In this document: positions 14,176 through 27,576 of the stretch, in pieces | How the letters are laid out: every line of letters starts with the position of its first letter | How positions within the stretch are numbered: position 1 is the stretch's first letter | From: Phoronis australis | Lineage: Eukaryota > Animalia > Phoronida | Assembly (NCBI GenBank): GCA_002633005.1 | Contig: NMRA01000003.1 | Location: 415,672 to 479,671, forward strand | Direction: 5' to 3' | DNA: 64,000 nucleotides | Position numbers and translations under genes: made by a program | Notes under the pieces: generated by a model | The model's input: only the letters and a program-made list of their open reading frames with translations | Databases searched by the model: none | Told to the model about the DNA's origin: nothing

Positions 14176-16004
14176 ATGGCATCTCTAAAATTTGAGGAAG
14201 TTAATTATTTCCTGGTGAAGACCAGTGCGACGTCTTATCATTATACACGGTGCAAGAAAGTTGCTTGATATGTTTGAAATTATCTGCAACTGTTCTGTCA
14301 TTATATCCTATTTAAAGTTAGGTAAATTTTTACCTTTGGGTCATTCTGGAAATCTAGAATGAAGTTATGAAGTTGTTTAATAGAAAATGAGGCAAATCAG
14401 TTAATCGGGCATTAATTTTATCTCTGGAATAATAATTATGCAGAACATAACCAAAAAATGGAACTGATGATTTTATTTCTTACATTTTAACTTCCAAGGT
14501 GACACACCCATAAACTCAATATGGATCTTCTTTAGCTTAATTACATCAGGTAATGCAAATGTGCAAAAATGCAAGCCCAGACAAACATTTGTTTCTACTA
14601 CAGCCCAATACACTCTCATTTGTTTTTGGGGGGTTTAACCAGCTGTGCCTGAGTTAGCGTTTAATACATGTGCGAACTTCAACAAGCTGTTGGTCGCCAG
14701 TTTTATGCAATCGTAACATCTCTTGGGGGTGCAGTAGTCTTCACTGCACCAAGTCAGGTTGAGGGAAGTCAGGTTGAGAGTATTGATAAAGCTAGTGTGG
14801 AACTCATGTGCAATAGTGACATGGCATATGTCTTAAATAACATGTCCTGATGATGACATAAGTTGCCTGGAGCCCTGACCAGTCTAGTCTGGAGCTTAAT
14901 CATACCCCAGTGTTTTCTCTTATACCATTACTTTAACAGCATCATGTGTTATCTGAATGATCTGTTATTGATTTTGAGATAACTTTGCTGCGAGTAGTCC
15001 CTGTGTTAAATTCAATAATGTTTAAAGGTGCGCAAGTCCGGATCTAGTCAGAAGAGACTGCTGTGGCTAGGGATCTCCCAGTTAAGTTTAAGGTTCCCAT
15101 TTCTGTTGTCTTTGACTTGGGCTGATGGTTCAGGTCTCGTTTTGAAAGTTACTGTTTTGCTTCCAGTGCATGTAATGCCTTTAATGAGTACAAGTACTCC
15201 TAATGACTATCTAGTCGCCTAAAACGGGAAAATCACCGTTAATGCTCACAAGTTGTTGTTTTGTGATACTTCCGACATGAGTATTGCGAGTTATTTGTAT
15301 TTATAAGCGTCACAACTGATTGGTAGACGTCCTACTGATTGACCACAAATTGATACAAATAATAGGTTCACATGAGTGGCAAAAATGGCTAAAATGCTAA
15401 CATCTGATGGAAAGATTCTGGGGAAGAGAAGACAAAAACGGAGTTTTGATTCTGAGATTTTTTTTGTTTGCATACATACAACCATTGAGAACATATGCTT
15501 CAAGACTCGCCTCTCGCCTCTGTGACTTTGTGTTCACCAACACGGCAAGTTGTGAAAAGAGACAAGTCCTCACCCAAATTCCTTAATTCTGGTAATTTGA
15601 CATGTCGATGTTTCAATCTCATGCCCATGATGTGTTTCAGCCACCCACCAGATTTCTGTATCCATTTCATACTTGGGTTTCATATCAGTCTCCCAGCACG
15701 TTGTGTGTCTAACAATGAACGAATGACCTACTTTAAATTGGACCACAGTGCACCAGCTTAACCCTCTTACCGTAATACGTTGGCTCTCCTGGTGACCCAA
15801 TCTACTTGGTTAAAATTAAACATTTTTATGACAATTAATTGACAATTAGTGAATTACACACGGCAAATTCAGATGACATTGCGTGTGAATGTTGAAATAA
15901 TGATTGTGGCTGAGGGGTTTATAGATTATATTGGCCGAAAACAAGTTTTCGCTGAATAATTAATGGAAGTCCTTGAGACTTTCACCCCTAACAATTTATT
16001 TGGA

Positions 16005-16487
16005 TTTTTCTCGGCTTCGGCAAATCGACTTAATTTGAACTTTGCAACACGAGTTGTCGAAAATGGCTCAGTGGATTTCGCTGAAACTTTCCAAACTTAA
16101 TATTTATTCGTCATTCGCAAAAACGCTGTTAGGATTTTTGATATACAGGCCTAACTTCTGTATAATTTAACAAATTTAAAATGAATACGACTGCTATTTT
16201 TTATAAAAATACCTTACGTTTTGCGAGCTGATTTGTCATAGAAATCGAACAAAAAGACTTATGACAAATTCCTAACTGCGTTTTTGAGGAAAGATGAAAT
16301 TTTCATTTAAAAAAGGTTTAATTAAAATTGACTGAGGAGTTATTTTGCTATGAATGTACCTTTCTTAAAATGAAATTTTGACCTAAAAAGGTGTTAACTT
16401 AAGGATAATGGTACATAAATATATTTTCTATATTCCCTAATCTTTTTTCTTTCTGAAAATTTATATACTTTTACTAGTTGACAAAGC
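16005..16487 (+). mobile_element. Interspersed repeat copy 1 (probable non-autonomous DNA transposon)
   Basis: Collinear and highly similar to 21986-22453 (tttttctcggc..gcaaatcgactt ... tacttttactagttgacaaagc). Confidence 0.8.
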
Positions 16488-16999
16488 CTATTAGTTTTGT
16501 TAGAATGGAGACCACTAAATAAGGTTTGAGATAATCTTAAGGGAAATTTGGTGTCAAAGCACTTGAGTCTATGCCATAAATTTATTAATGCAGTGATAAA
16601 GGAAGGTCTGTGTCCTTTGAAGTAAGTGGTCTGATGAAAAATGTGGGCAGTTTTGAGATATCACAGACCTCTAACAAATCGCTTGCAAAAGGGACTCTTG
16701 TAACCTTTCTCATGACATTTGCATTTTTGCTACCAGCAAAAGTGCGTGTGGAAATGCTGGCGTTTTGTTCAGTTAGTGAAAGGGGAATCTTGGTGGTCCA
16801 CTCTATGAACTGAACAGCTCTTATACACAGCCTAAAATGCTGCTTTTGGTTCTCTTCTGAGTTGTTTTGGACTTTTATCTGTCTTCTTTTAGTGCTGTTA
16901 TCATTTTCATATGGGTGCAATTTTCTCCCTATTTTTTCCCAAATGAATTTATGGGTTTTTGTAAATTATATCTTTGTCGTCCTTATTTTTAGAATACTT

Positions 17000-17047
17000 T
17001 GTGTGTGTGTGTGTGTATGCGTGCGTGCGTGTGTGTGTGTGTGTGTG
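17000..17047. repeat. (GT)n/(GCGT)n microsatellite
   Basis: Directly visible. Confidence 0.97.
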
Positions 17048-17519
17048 GGGTATAATTTTGCAGGAATCAAATGTCACCTCAGGCATTTCTGATGTTTATC
17101 TTTCAGTGTTATTCATTAGTCAAAAATAATAATTTGCAAAGTAATTAGGCACCTTGGCAGTTATTTCCTCTTGAAAGGTAAACTACCACAGGCATGTCTA
17201 CTGCATTTGACATACTTGACTGTTCAAAAGCTGTTGAAAGAACCATAGATCAATTTAAATACAGTATGCTTTGATTTTACCTGGTTGTTTTATGGGTTTT
17301 TCTCTGGGCTTTCTGAATGATGAGTCTTGAATACAGTATGTGACACTGCCTTGTCATTTGCTGTTAAAGGTTGTTGCGTGACCAGAACATGAAATGCACT
17401 ATATGTTATCTAATGAACATTATGTAAAATAAACTCAGCTGATGTCTACAGTATCTGTGGTAGTCCTGTATTTTAATACTCATTTTTGGTTTTTGATAAG
17501 CTTTGTAACTAGTGGTAGT

Positions 17520-17845
17520 GTCAGGTCTGTGTAACTGTTCAGGCCTGATGTTAGTGTGGTCTGCATAACTGTTCCTGTCATGCTAGTGTGGTCTGCATGA
17601 CTGCTCATGCCATGTTAGTGTGGTGTGCATAATCATTCATGCCATGTTAGTGTGGCCTGCATGACTGTTCATTCCATGTTTGTGTGGTCTGCATAATCAT
17701 TCATGCCATGTTAGTGTGGCCTGCATGACTGTTCATTCCATGTTTGTGTGGTCTGCATAATCATTCATGCCATGTTAGTGTGGCCTGCATGACTGTTCAT
17801 GCCATGTTAGTGTGGTCAACATAATTATTCATGACATGGTATTGT
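17520..17845. repeat. 32-bp minisatellite, about 10 copies, with 64-bp dimeric core
   Basis: Unit CCATGTTAGTGTGGTCTGCATAATCATTCATG alternating with ..GGCCTGCATGACTGTTCAT.. Confidence 0.92.
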
Positions 17846-18752
17846 GCCGACTTTCTTGGGTTAATTTTAGTCTTATCCCAACTTAAAGTATAAATCCAAT
17901 CCCAGTGATCAATAATAATAAAACAAACATTTCTTTATGTGGATTTCTAATACCGTGGTAACTAACCCCAATAAACTGTCATAAGCAGTGTATTCAATGT
18001 GTGATTGATGGGAGCAGAGTGCACTGTTTACACCCATGTAGCATATAGTCTCAACCAAGTAATGTTAAGTTTCATTTTTGTGTATGGCAATGGCAAAGTC
18101 AAGTTTACAACAACCCTTACCAGAAAAACACTTGGTTATATTTCAGATGTTGGCTATTGTGTGCATTTCGTCTTTATGATATAAAAAAGCAATAACAAGA
18201 TGCATGCTGGATTTTTGTTTTTAAACTTTGTTATGTTTACGAAGCCAAAAGCGTATAGAAAATTCAAACTCAACTGAAATTACGATATCCGTATTTGAAA
18301 TCCCATGTCCATTCTGCAGAAACTTTGTGTGTTAAGTCTTGGCATAAATACATTCAACCGGTATCAAGAATCCAAAATGTCCTAATTTGCTTAAGAAGGG
18401 ACTGTCCTTCAAGTACCTTAAACTTTGCATTTTTTTTAACGCGACGCAAGTAAGCCAAACTCGTCACGACAAAGTTCAAACTCAACGCAGTAGGAAGTAG
18501 TCAAAACAGGTTGCGCAGAACACTGCGCAAGCCGCAAGGGTCGAACCTCTCCCCCCAAAGCGTACATTTTGTAATCACATGAAAGTGGCAGTAATCGTGA
18601 ACAAGACTTTATGTGTACAACTGAGGCGCACTTTCAAAAGGTGCTTAATGCCTAGACATATGTATTAAAGATCTTATTGATTTTTTTCCAACTAACTTAT
18701 GTGTACTCTAATTATTGATAGTTAAAAAGGGAATGTGTGCTTCTGTTAATAA

Positions 18753-19093
18753 CATCGGTGGCAGTATTATAGATTTTAATGTTGAACACACTCTGCTAGC
18801 AAGCTTCGTAACTTTTCTCACTATTTTGGTATTATCAGCATGATAGAAAATCGTCTGTAATTTGCCTGCCATTCTTTATGAATACAAATGTGTCTGGGGT
18901 GACGATGTGATTTGTCATGTCTTGCAAGTATTCCACTAAGAATTGAGCTTTTGCCTTATTTTTAGAATATGTTCCACAGCACAATAGGAACTTCCATACC
19001 ATTAATTGCCTCTCGCATATTGACATCCCATGATCTAGGCTAATAATAGAACAAGCAATTTGTTACCTGACTTTCTTATTACTGCCACCGATG
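18753..19093. mobile_element. MITE with 14-bp perfect TIRs (CA...TG ends, hAT-like)
   Basis: CATCGGTGGCAGTA at 18753 and TACTGCCACCGATG ending at 19093; no 8-bp TSD recognisable. Confidence 0.6.
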
Positions 19094-19297
19094 AGCTCAG
19101 TCATGCTGCTCTGAAATGTTATGAAGATCTCGAGAAAAGTGTCTCAATTTGGCCAAATTTGGAATGTCGTACCTCAGAAATCGCCAATCAGACATATGTG
19201 ATACTTTCATATACTATAGTTTAGGAACTGTTCTTCATAAGCTGTTAGGAACTGTGTTTAAAATGTTCAAATTTTGCATCAGAGGTTATTAGAGGAG

Positions 19298-19380
19298 GCA
19301 GTTTGGCCTAGTGTGATGGTGCCTGCCTTCTTTACTCGAGGTCCTGGGTTCGAGTCGCCCTGGGTCACACTGCTAGACCC
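19298..19380 (+). mobile_element. tRNA-derived SINE head / tRNA pseudogene
   Basis: A-box-like TGGCCTAGTG and B-box GGTTCGAGTC at tRNA-like spacing; no complete cloverleaf. Confidence 0.55.
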
Positions 19381-19450
19381 TTGAATCGGGTTTGTAGCTC
19401 CTTAGCTCAATTTTATCTACTGTATATATTAATAAAGCACAAAAATATTT

Positions 19451-19548
19451 CCAGGTGATCAGTGCAATGGGCCCACAAGCGCGGCCTGCCCACGTCCGGT
19501 ATAATGTGTGCCAGACCGCCTGCAATTATTTTTTTTATATATCAGATA
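19451..19548 (+). mobile_element. Repeat-family terminus (probable DNA transposon end); element may extend further right
   Basis: About 95 bp closely similar to 38574-38668 and, inverted, to 4816-4854. Confidence 0.7.
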
Positions 19549-21757
19549 AAATAGAACTTTCATTTTTTTCTGAAAAAAACTTAAAAGTTCCTTAAAATGC
19601 AAAACCAAGTTCACAAAACTGTAATTATGGTATTTTGAGATTTCTTCATGTACATTTAGACCAAACAAAATTTGGTCACGTTGTTATTAGTATTGTTTTG
19701 CTAGTATGCATTTACCTTTCCTTTTTTAAAAATTTTTCTGAAAACACATGATAGTGTGACCGGAATCTTGGCAGTGTGGTATGAAATCAAAAATTAAATT
19801 CTAGTCTTTTATGTTTAGAAAATATATACTTTCAGTGAGTTAGTTTTGTAAATATTCATCTAAATACGCTGTCTATGTAAGATCATACCTGGTGTTTTGG
19901 AAGATAGGTCTACCCAAAGGAACACCCATAGGCATATTTATGGAAATTTCTATAGAAGTGACCCCAAGATCATATTTTTTTGATAACTGTGTTAGCAAAT
20001 TTTGAAAATCTCCTGAATGGTCTAAGTTAGATATATGATATGTTTTGATGTAAAATGTTGTTGATTTTGGCAAGACATATATTATGGTCACGATTTTACT
20101 CAAATGACTATCATTTTATCATATTTTTTCTTACTTTGAAAACAGTCTTGAGTGAATAATTAATGTTTCTCACAGTTTCTGAAAATACTGCTCCTACCTT
20201 TCCGAAAATATCCCCGGGCGTATATCCAGTTTCATTCAACGTTTTCGAAAGGTCATTTCCAATTGCCAATTCTTCCTCAAATGTTCCCAGTAAGCTTGAA
20301 TGGTCATTAGTGCATTTGGCGTCATGGGCAATCTACCTGGATTTTTACTTTTCAAATTTTATGTATGGCCTTGTTGACAAATCTGGGCATTCAGCCAAAT
20401 ATACTCAAAGCTATAAAATTAAACCCAGCATTGGTGTGTATAACTGAAAGCAGGCAGCCTGTAGAATTTTATTTTTGGCTTTATGCCAATCCGTCACATC
20501 TTTTAATAGATTTTTAGCAACAAACAAATGTACTTTCATATCAATCCAGCATTATCAACAACATGACCATATTTAATTTGATATACGGTAAATGTTCAAG
20601 ATCAAATTTTAAAAAGGCTGTTACACATTTCTAAATTACAATTTTATTTACATTTTCTGCGACTGTTGATTTTTTTCATAAAATTCATTAAAAGTCCTTA
20701 TATTTTGATAACCCCTTTGCATAATTTATCCTTTTGAAAAACAATTCCTAACAGCTTTTCAGGTGATTCCATGGGATTTGTCCTCTCTGTTACACAAAAA
20801 TATACTGCGGAATTAATTTTCACTAAACTCTACCGGGAGGGAGACTTAGTATTGGTATTATATCTTCATCGTGGGAGATAAAAAAGTAGAATATACCCCC
20901 ATCCTAGACGCTTTTCTCTGTGGTCACTAGAACATATTCAATTTGCCTTTATTGTATTCGGCTGTCTTGGGATGAAAGTGACATTTGTCCATTGCTCTCT
21001 AAGAGATCATGATAGTCTAGTGTTCAGGGACAACATAATTAATTCATTTATTAGGAAGTAATTAGTGGCATAAAAATGAAAAGTTTATTAGTGAAGAGAT
21101 TAACCTTGTGTAGGGCATTCTTGGTGTGATCTGACACCTTTGCAAACTACAGTGTCAGCAGGTAAACTATGGGTAACTGGTCATGTTCTGGTGATGTTTG
21201 CCTACTTGCTATTCATTGCCAACTATTGATTGTAAACTCTCACTGGTAACAGAATTAATTGGCAGCTGGTTAACAAGGTAGTTGTGTATACAGACATTAT
21301 ATACCTGACAACTGAGCTGATATTGACAATTCTCTCTCAAAGTTTTCAGAAGGGAACATAACAGTAACTGGAATTACAACTTGTGCATCCTAGCACATGT
21401 ACATGTTTATTATTCATAACTCTTTATGTCATTTTGAATGTCACATTTAAGGTTATCTCAAACCTTATTCACAAAAAATGTCCATTTTTACAATATTTGA
21501 CGTGTGTAGAAAAAATATCTTCATTTTCGGGGAACTTCAAATACAAAATATATACTGCGTATCTAGAAAAAAGATTTAGGAGAACCACCTTGGAACCGCA
21601 CAACCACGTGGATATTTGTTTACTACTTATCCGAGGTCAAAGGTTAAAGGGCTTTCAATCAAATCAAATCTCCCACCAGGTACAGAACAGCTTCGTATAC
21701 CCTCAGTCCTTTCATTCACAAAATCGCCATAACATTGAGTCAACGAGGTGTAATTAT

Positions 21758-21902
21758 CATGGGCGGCGCAGCACTGAAAAAAGTGGAGGGCTTAAAGCCC
21801 CCTCAGCCCCCCTGTAGTGTACCGCCTATAGACCATGTGTGGCGTAACACTGAAAAAAGTGGGGGGCTATAGCCCCCAGCCCCCTTTGGTATGCCGCCCA
21901 TG
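21758..21902. mobile_element. Tandem dimer of a hAT-like mini-element of about 70 bp
   Basis: Two copies of CATG.G.GGCG..CACTGAAAAAAGTGG.GGGCT..AGCCCC..; outer ends form a perfect 10-bp TIR CATGGGCGGC/GCCGCCCATG. Confidence 0.7.
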
Positions 21903-21985
21903 CTTATAGTAGGATGGCGTCAGGGAAAACAAAGACAAAACATAGTTTTGATCCTAAGATTTTCACTTGTCCCAGTTTAATTAGC

Positions 21986-22453
21986 TTTTTCTCGGCCTTG
22001 GCAAATCGACTTTATTTCAACTTAGGAACAAGAGTTCTCACAAATGGCTTGGTGGATTTCGCTGAAACTTTCCAAATTTAATATTTAGTCATCAGTCTCA
22101 AAAACACTTTTATGATTTTTGCGCAATTTAACAAAGACGAATACGACTTCCGTTTTTTACAAAGGTACCTTACGTTTTGCGAGTTGATTTGTCATGGAAA
22201 CAAAACGAAAAGACTAAACTAAAATTCCTAGCAGCGTTTTTGAGTTAACTGGTGAAGTTTTCATTTAAAAAAGTTTCATTAAAATCGACTGAGGGTTATT
22301 TTACTATGAATGTACCTTTCTTAAAAACAAAATTTTGACTTAAAAAAGGTTTTTACGTAAAAAGTAATAATGGTACATTAAGACAAAAAGTATTTTCATA
22401 TTCCCTAATCTTTTTTCTTTCAGAAAATATATACTTTTACTAGTTGACAAAGC
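21986..22453 (+). mobile_element. Interspersed repeat copy 2
   Basis: See 16005-16487. Confidence 0.8.
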
Positions 22454-23116
22454 AAAAAATTTTGCTCCTGTGAAGCTCTCATCATTTCCTGTCAGATGTA
22501 ATTATAATTTTAAGAAATACCGTATGTTGAGCGTAGTGTTTTCTTTGTTACAAAAGGCTGAGAATTATGAAATAAAATAACGTTTACTTGGTTGTTTTTC
22601 ACTTAAATGGCCCCATCAAGCAAGATGAGTGATATTTTCACGCTCCCCTGCCGGTTTAGAGCTCTACATGTTGATATAAGTTTTGTGACGTGGTGACGAG
22701 CAGAGCTACCCGGGCTATGTGAAATTTTGGAGGCTAACGGAGTTCAACACAATGCTACTGGTACCTAGTTGTATTTTGAAGATAGTCTTCATATAGCTGG
22801 CTGGTTAGGCCCTGGGATGAATCAAAGTCACCGGAAAGAAAAGCAAAAAAGGTTGTGAGTATGCACTTGTTGATCTGTTGACTGGACTACGTACTCGCAC
22901 GGCTAATAATCTATATCTCTTTGTGCTTGCTGTACAGCCTCTGTGGCGTCACAAAAAACAGCAGTGTGGCTTTGCGGAACTGATAAATTTGTACTTTTCA
23001 AAGTAAAAAAGAAAAATACTGTGCACTGTTTAGGAAGATGTGGATGCCAGTAACCAAGCTTTATACTTTCAAAATTCATATTAAAATGCTGAAACATGTA
23101 GTTCAGGCCTCTTTTA

Positions 23117-23622
23117 AGGGCCTTTCATAGAAACGTCGACGCGTCGATGTTTTGGGGAGTTGCGGTCAGTATGAACGGTTAACTTCGGTCCTGGATCGAA
23201 GTTAACAGCGCCAGTAAACATGTGGATTTAACAGTGGAGGGTCAATGCAGTGCCTGAGTGCGATATAAATGGTCAACTTTGGTCTCATCGAAGTTATCGC
23301 CAGGGCCCATTGGTGTCCTGAACAATTAAAGGAAGCGTCGTAGTTAATAGTTGCTTATATTTTGCACGAATAATCATCAATCGAATTAGAAGAAAATTTT
23401 ATGTCAATTAGCACACTTAAATGCTTTCAAATTGTCACATTAAAAAAAATTGTTAGCGTGCACGGGGTGCATCAGCTTTGCGATTACTTTGATGACGACA
23501 GCGCCACCTACCATTTACTTCGATGCTGCTAATACCGAATCGAAGCTGGTATGAACGGTACAGTTAACTTCACAGTTTACATCGATGCTTGTGTTCACAC
23601 TGGAGTTAGTGCGAAAGGGCTT
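23117..23622. mobile_element. Probable PIF/Harbinger-type MITE
   Basis: Imperfect TIRs AGGGCCTTTCA / GCGAAAGGGCTT with TTA/TAA flanks; internal repeats of GTTAACTTC, ATCGAAG, GTATGAACGGT. Confidence 0.45.
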
Positions 23623-24170
23623 TTAGAATACTGAAACTTCTATTGCGATGTCTAAAAAATAACTTCATTTAGAGAGCTTGTCGTTATAACATTAATCACT
23701 GAACTTGTTCCTTACTTATTATAAGTGATTTCTGGGTGAGGGAAGAACTGATAGTTTATTATTCGTTGAGTTCATCCAGATGCAATCTGACCTGACAAGC
23801 GTGTTATTTTATGTAACAAAAGCCGTGTGGCTAGAAATACGCTGGTTTTGTGACGGAACACTGATGCTGGATGCGGTAGAGTTACTAGTTAGTACATAAG
23901 AAGTGTGTTTGACAATGTGATTCAGATGTACATCTGATTTGTATTTTTGTCATGTGATAACTCATCCTGGATAATCTGATTTGATTCTGGATGGATTTCT
24001 GGCATGAGGTACAAAATCGTGATCCCGATACACCGGTAGTAGTGAAACATCAATCATACACAAGACATTCAATAAATGGGGTGGTACTAGCTCTCTTGCA
24101 CCTGATGAGATCAAGTACATACGTACTTATGAGTTAAGTCAGATTTTGGCCATATCATAGGTAGAAATGC

Positions 24171-24323
24171 AAAAATCAGTGCAATACTGTGTAGATTTTG
24201 ATGTACAAGGTTTGGCTTTCATCGCTAAAGCATTATCAAGGCACACATTGGTTTTTTGTCTTGATAATGCTCTAGTGATTCAAGCGAAACATTGATTATG
24301 AAAATCTGGTTGCGCTGAGTTTT
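24171..24323. mobile_element. Palindrome of about 150 bp resembling a Penelope-like element terminus
   Basis: Inverted copies of CTTGATAATGCT...GC(G/C)AAAC; core arms 24206-24243 vs 24257-24294. Confidence 0.5.
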
Positions 24324-27300
24324 AAGTTTCTTTGTTCTCACGTATATTGTGCTAATGACTACTAATGTTCTTCAGTTTATATGCAAATTATCAGTTATAG
24401 TTGATTATAGCTTTGGAAATATCACACTGTCCAATAGGTGTCTTGCACATTGTTACACATTTGTCTGTGCCAATGATCTAAACACACATCTCCATTGGGA
24501 TTTCAACCTGAGATAGTCTATTCAAGTATATTATGCAACTTTTAATGTACATTAACAGGTTCAAAGTGTTGTTGGCATTTTGCATTTCAAATAATGGTTA
24601 TGCAGACTCTACACCTGAACACCTTTCTTGTCTGAATAGTCGTTATTAACTCTCAGGAACGATTGTCGAGGTAAAGTTTGCAGTATGGCACAAGACTTGT
24701 GGAATTCCCTTTTAGTCCTGTTCATGACTACTGTCTGTCAATCTGTTCTTGTGACATACGGTATGTCTCATGAGAGCTGCTCCAGGGTTTTCACTTCCAA
24801 ACTCTTTGTTCCAGTAGTATCGCATTCCAAAATTTTAGGATCTATTTCAGTTTCTTGGAGTTCATTAAAAAAGTTCAGAAATTATTTCACCATCACAGAG
24901 CCATAAACATTATATATTGGAAAAATGAGGTGAATCCGGTGGTGCCCGTTTCTTACCCATAATGGAAAATGTGGGAAGATGACCAAGACACTTACGCATG
25001 ATTCTCATTTCTTCAGTTTTATTTCTTTCAAGTTAGTGGAAATTGCTTCTAAGGTGATGCTCATAATGTCAATATACATTTTGCTTGGTTGCATCAAACC
25101 AGGCTAAAACGCAGCCTCGGGCGAACACTGCTCTGATTGTTCGATTTGGCAACCTGGGAAAAATGGCCACAAAGTCACCCGAGTAAGTACCAATGTCGGA
25201 CAATAATTCACCCGAAATTCCCTTCAAAATTTGTGTTGACTTCCAAACTTTTAAACCAGTAAATTAATAACAATTTTCCTAAATTTGATACCTTTGGCTC
25301 GCAATTGTACCTTTTATTTCCTGACATTAGTGCATTTGCTATCCTCAGCAGTCGGCGCATATCAAACGTGCGTTCAAATTGCAACAGAAAGCAAACAGAC
25401 GGAAGTCGAACTTATTACGCAAAAATTGCACAAGGTCAGACCACAAAACTTGCACCTACATTGTTTCCATTCGTCTGCATTTGCCATCAGTAAGAGGAAT
25501 TCAGTTAGATTGAGGTTGGGGTTAGTAAACCAAAATACAACTTGAAAATATACGTGAATAAATTATGAACTCGTGTAAATGTTGTTTAAGTGGTGGGAGA
25601 GTTGACAAACGGCTGCTTGTCTAACACCGTGATGTCTCGCGTATGGGTAATGTATATTGAAATAAACCCAGTGAGTGGTTGTATTTTTACGAGAGAAATG
25701 AAAAAGATACGTGTAATTTCAAATAACGGCGACCGCGATACAATGTTTTTTTGTCGAGGACTTCCATCCTCAGTTTTGGCAACCTCATATTTCATATGGC
25801 AACCTGGGATTTCTGCTAAATCGCATTTGGCAAGTTGGCATTAAACTTAGTGTTGAGTAGTGCTGCCACTGGTGTGGGATCCGTCAAGTTTTCAATTGCG
25901 CACTTAATCTTGTTAGTAGTTGAATCAACTTTAGTCGTTTGCATTATCATTGGAACCTTGACATGTTGAACATTTTGTGATAGACACCCTACCCATTCCA
26001 AGGTATCTGTGTACCTGTCAATGGATAATTACAAGAATCATTATGCTGCACACTAACTAGACACAATGTCAGGAAGTTAGGCCATCCTTTTGTGTGGAAT
26101 AAAGGAATGATGTATGTAAGCTATGACTTAGAACAGATATTGGTAATCAGAATGTGTGAATATCCTTTCTGAGCTATACCATGAAAGATTGCGAGTTAGT
26201 AGTTAACTGTCTATTTATAACGCTGTTAACGTTTCAGTGTACTCTTAGTAAGATACTGTCACTAATGAGGCAAAAGTACATTATTTTACATAGTGTTATT
26301 TTCCACATTCCACCATATTAGGTAGATTTTATGTTTTGTATTTTTATACTAACCAAGTCTTTGTCAGACTACTGTGTTAAGGTACACTGCATGTCCGTGG
26401 AACTGTGTGCTTTTTGGACATTACTGTAAAACTCTCCAGTTTGAAAGGCCGGAACTTATGCCAACTTTTAGAAGTCAGTATCTGATGTCCAAATTCAGGA
26501 ATAACGATTAATATAACAAAGGGTTATTCAGATCGATGTTGGGCATGAAAATATTGAACCAATTGCTATTTTTGACGATTTTATGAACTGCCAAGTCTAT
26601 TTTGCGATGCTGCTTATACAAAACAACGTATTTCAGAAATATTCAGTGAACGCCAAAATCACGGTATCCGAATCTTTGGAAACAAGAAAATTCAAATTCG
26701 ACATCAATTTCAGTACCCAAAATGTTAGAGATTATCGTAAACTTGAGGATTTTTACTTTACGGGCTGTGTGGTGTATCAGATTAGTGGGTTTTTGGTAGC
26801 CAGGTTCCTTATGGAGGTGCTTTTGTCAATTCAAATCTCACAAAAAGTTCTCTCTCATTTTTTCATTAAGATGTATTTGCATGTTCTTAACTTTCCTAAA
26901 GAATAACAAGAACTAAACATGAACAACAATGCTATTTTAACATAATCTCCGCTAATTAAAAGTGCAGTTGTATCCACTGACAACTTTTAAATGAGAAAAA
27001 AAATCTGCAAATATTTGACCTTTGCCCTAATGACATACCCCACAGGCTCACATAGCCCACTTCATTCAGTGTTGTTCCCCAAAGCACCACATCACCATAG
27101 GCCTACTTACTAGACGCGGTTCAATGATTTGCGACGGATCATTTTTGCCATAAATCTCATTCTTAGAAACATTTGGCAATTTTCAACATATTTCATATTC
27201 ACTTCCTCATCACTATTTGTTGTGTTTGTGATTAATTTGGCCAAGCATTGACAGAGATAAGGAATTCAGTCTGCAAGTTCCACTTTAAAGCTCTGTGGAA

Positions 27301-27576
27301 CTTGGCCCTTTTAAATGTGCTCTTACTGAAATTCTTTTTATGATGCTGATTCTTGAAATATTTTTCTAGCACCATGCCTGCCCCCGTCAAGCAGTAGCCC
27401 AAGCTGACGTGTGCAGTGGTCACTTGTTTTAGTTCGCATGCATTTAATGAAGCTCATTTCTCATACCAGTAATGAACTGGATTATTGCTACTATCATATA
27501 ATTATTGTTATTACTTCAAGTATATATCAGCTTATGTAGTAGTGTTGTTATTTAGACTATTTTCCATTATTTACAG

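Noticed and set aside
19298-19380. Functional tRNA gene
   Set aside because: A and B boxes are present, but acceptor and anticodon stems cannot be formed; treated as a SINE or pseudogene
21383-21817. Longest ORF in the track (144 aa)
   Set aside because: No recognisable domain, non-ATG start, and it runs into a MITE dimer; consistent with chance
22817-22854. ATG-initiated exon candidate (MNQSHRKEKQKR) with GTGAGT donor as first RGS coding exon
   Set aside because: It ends in phase 2, while the 27577 exon needs phase 0, and it does not resemble R7 N-termini; it could still be a UTR exon
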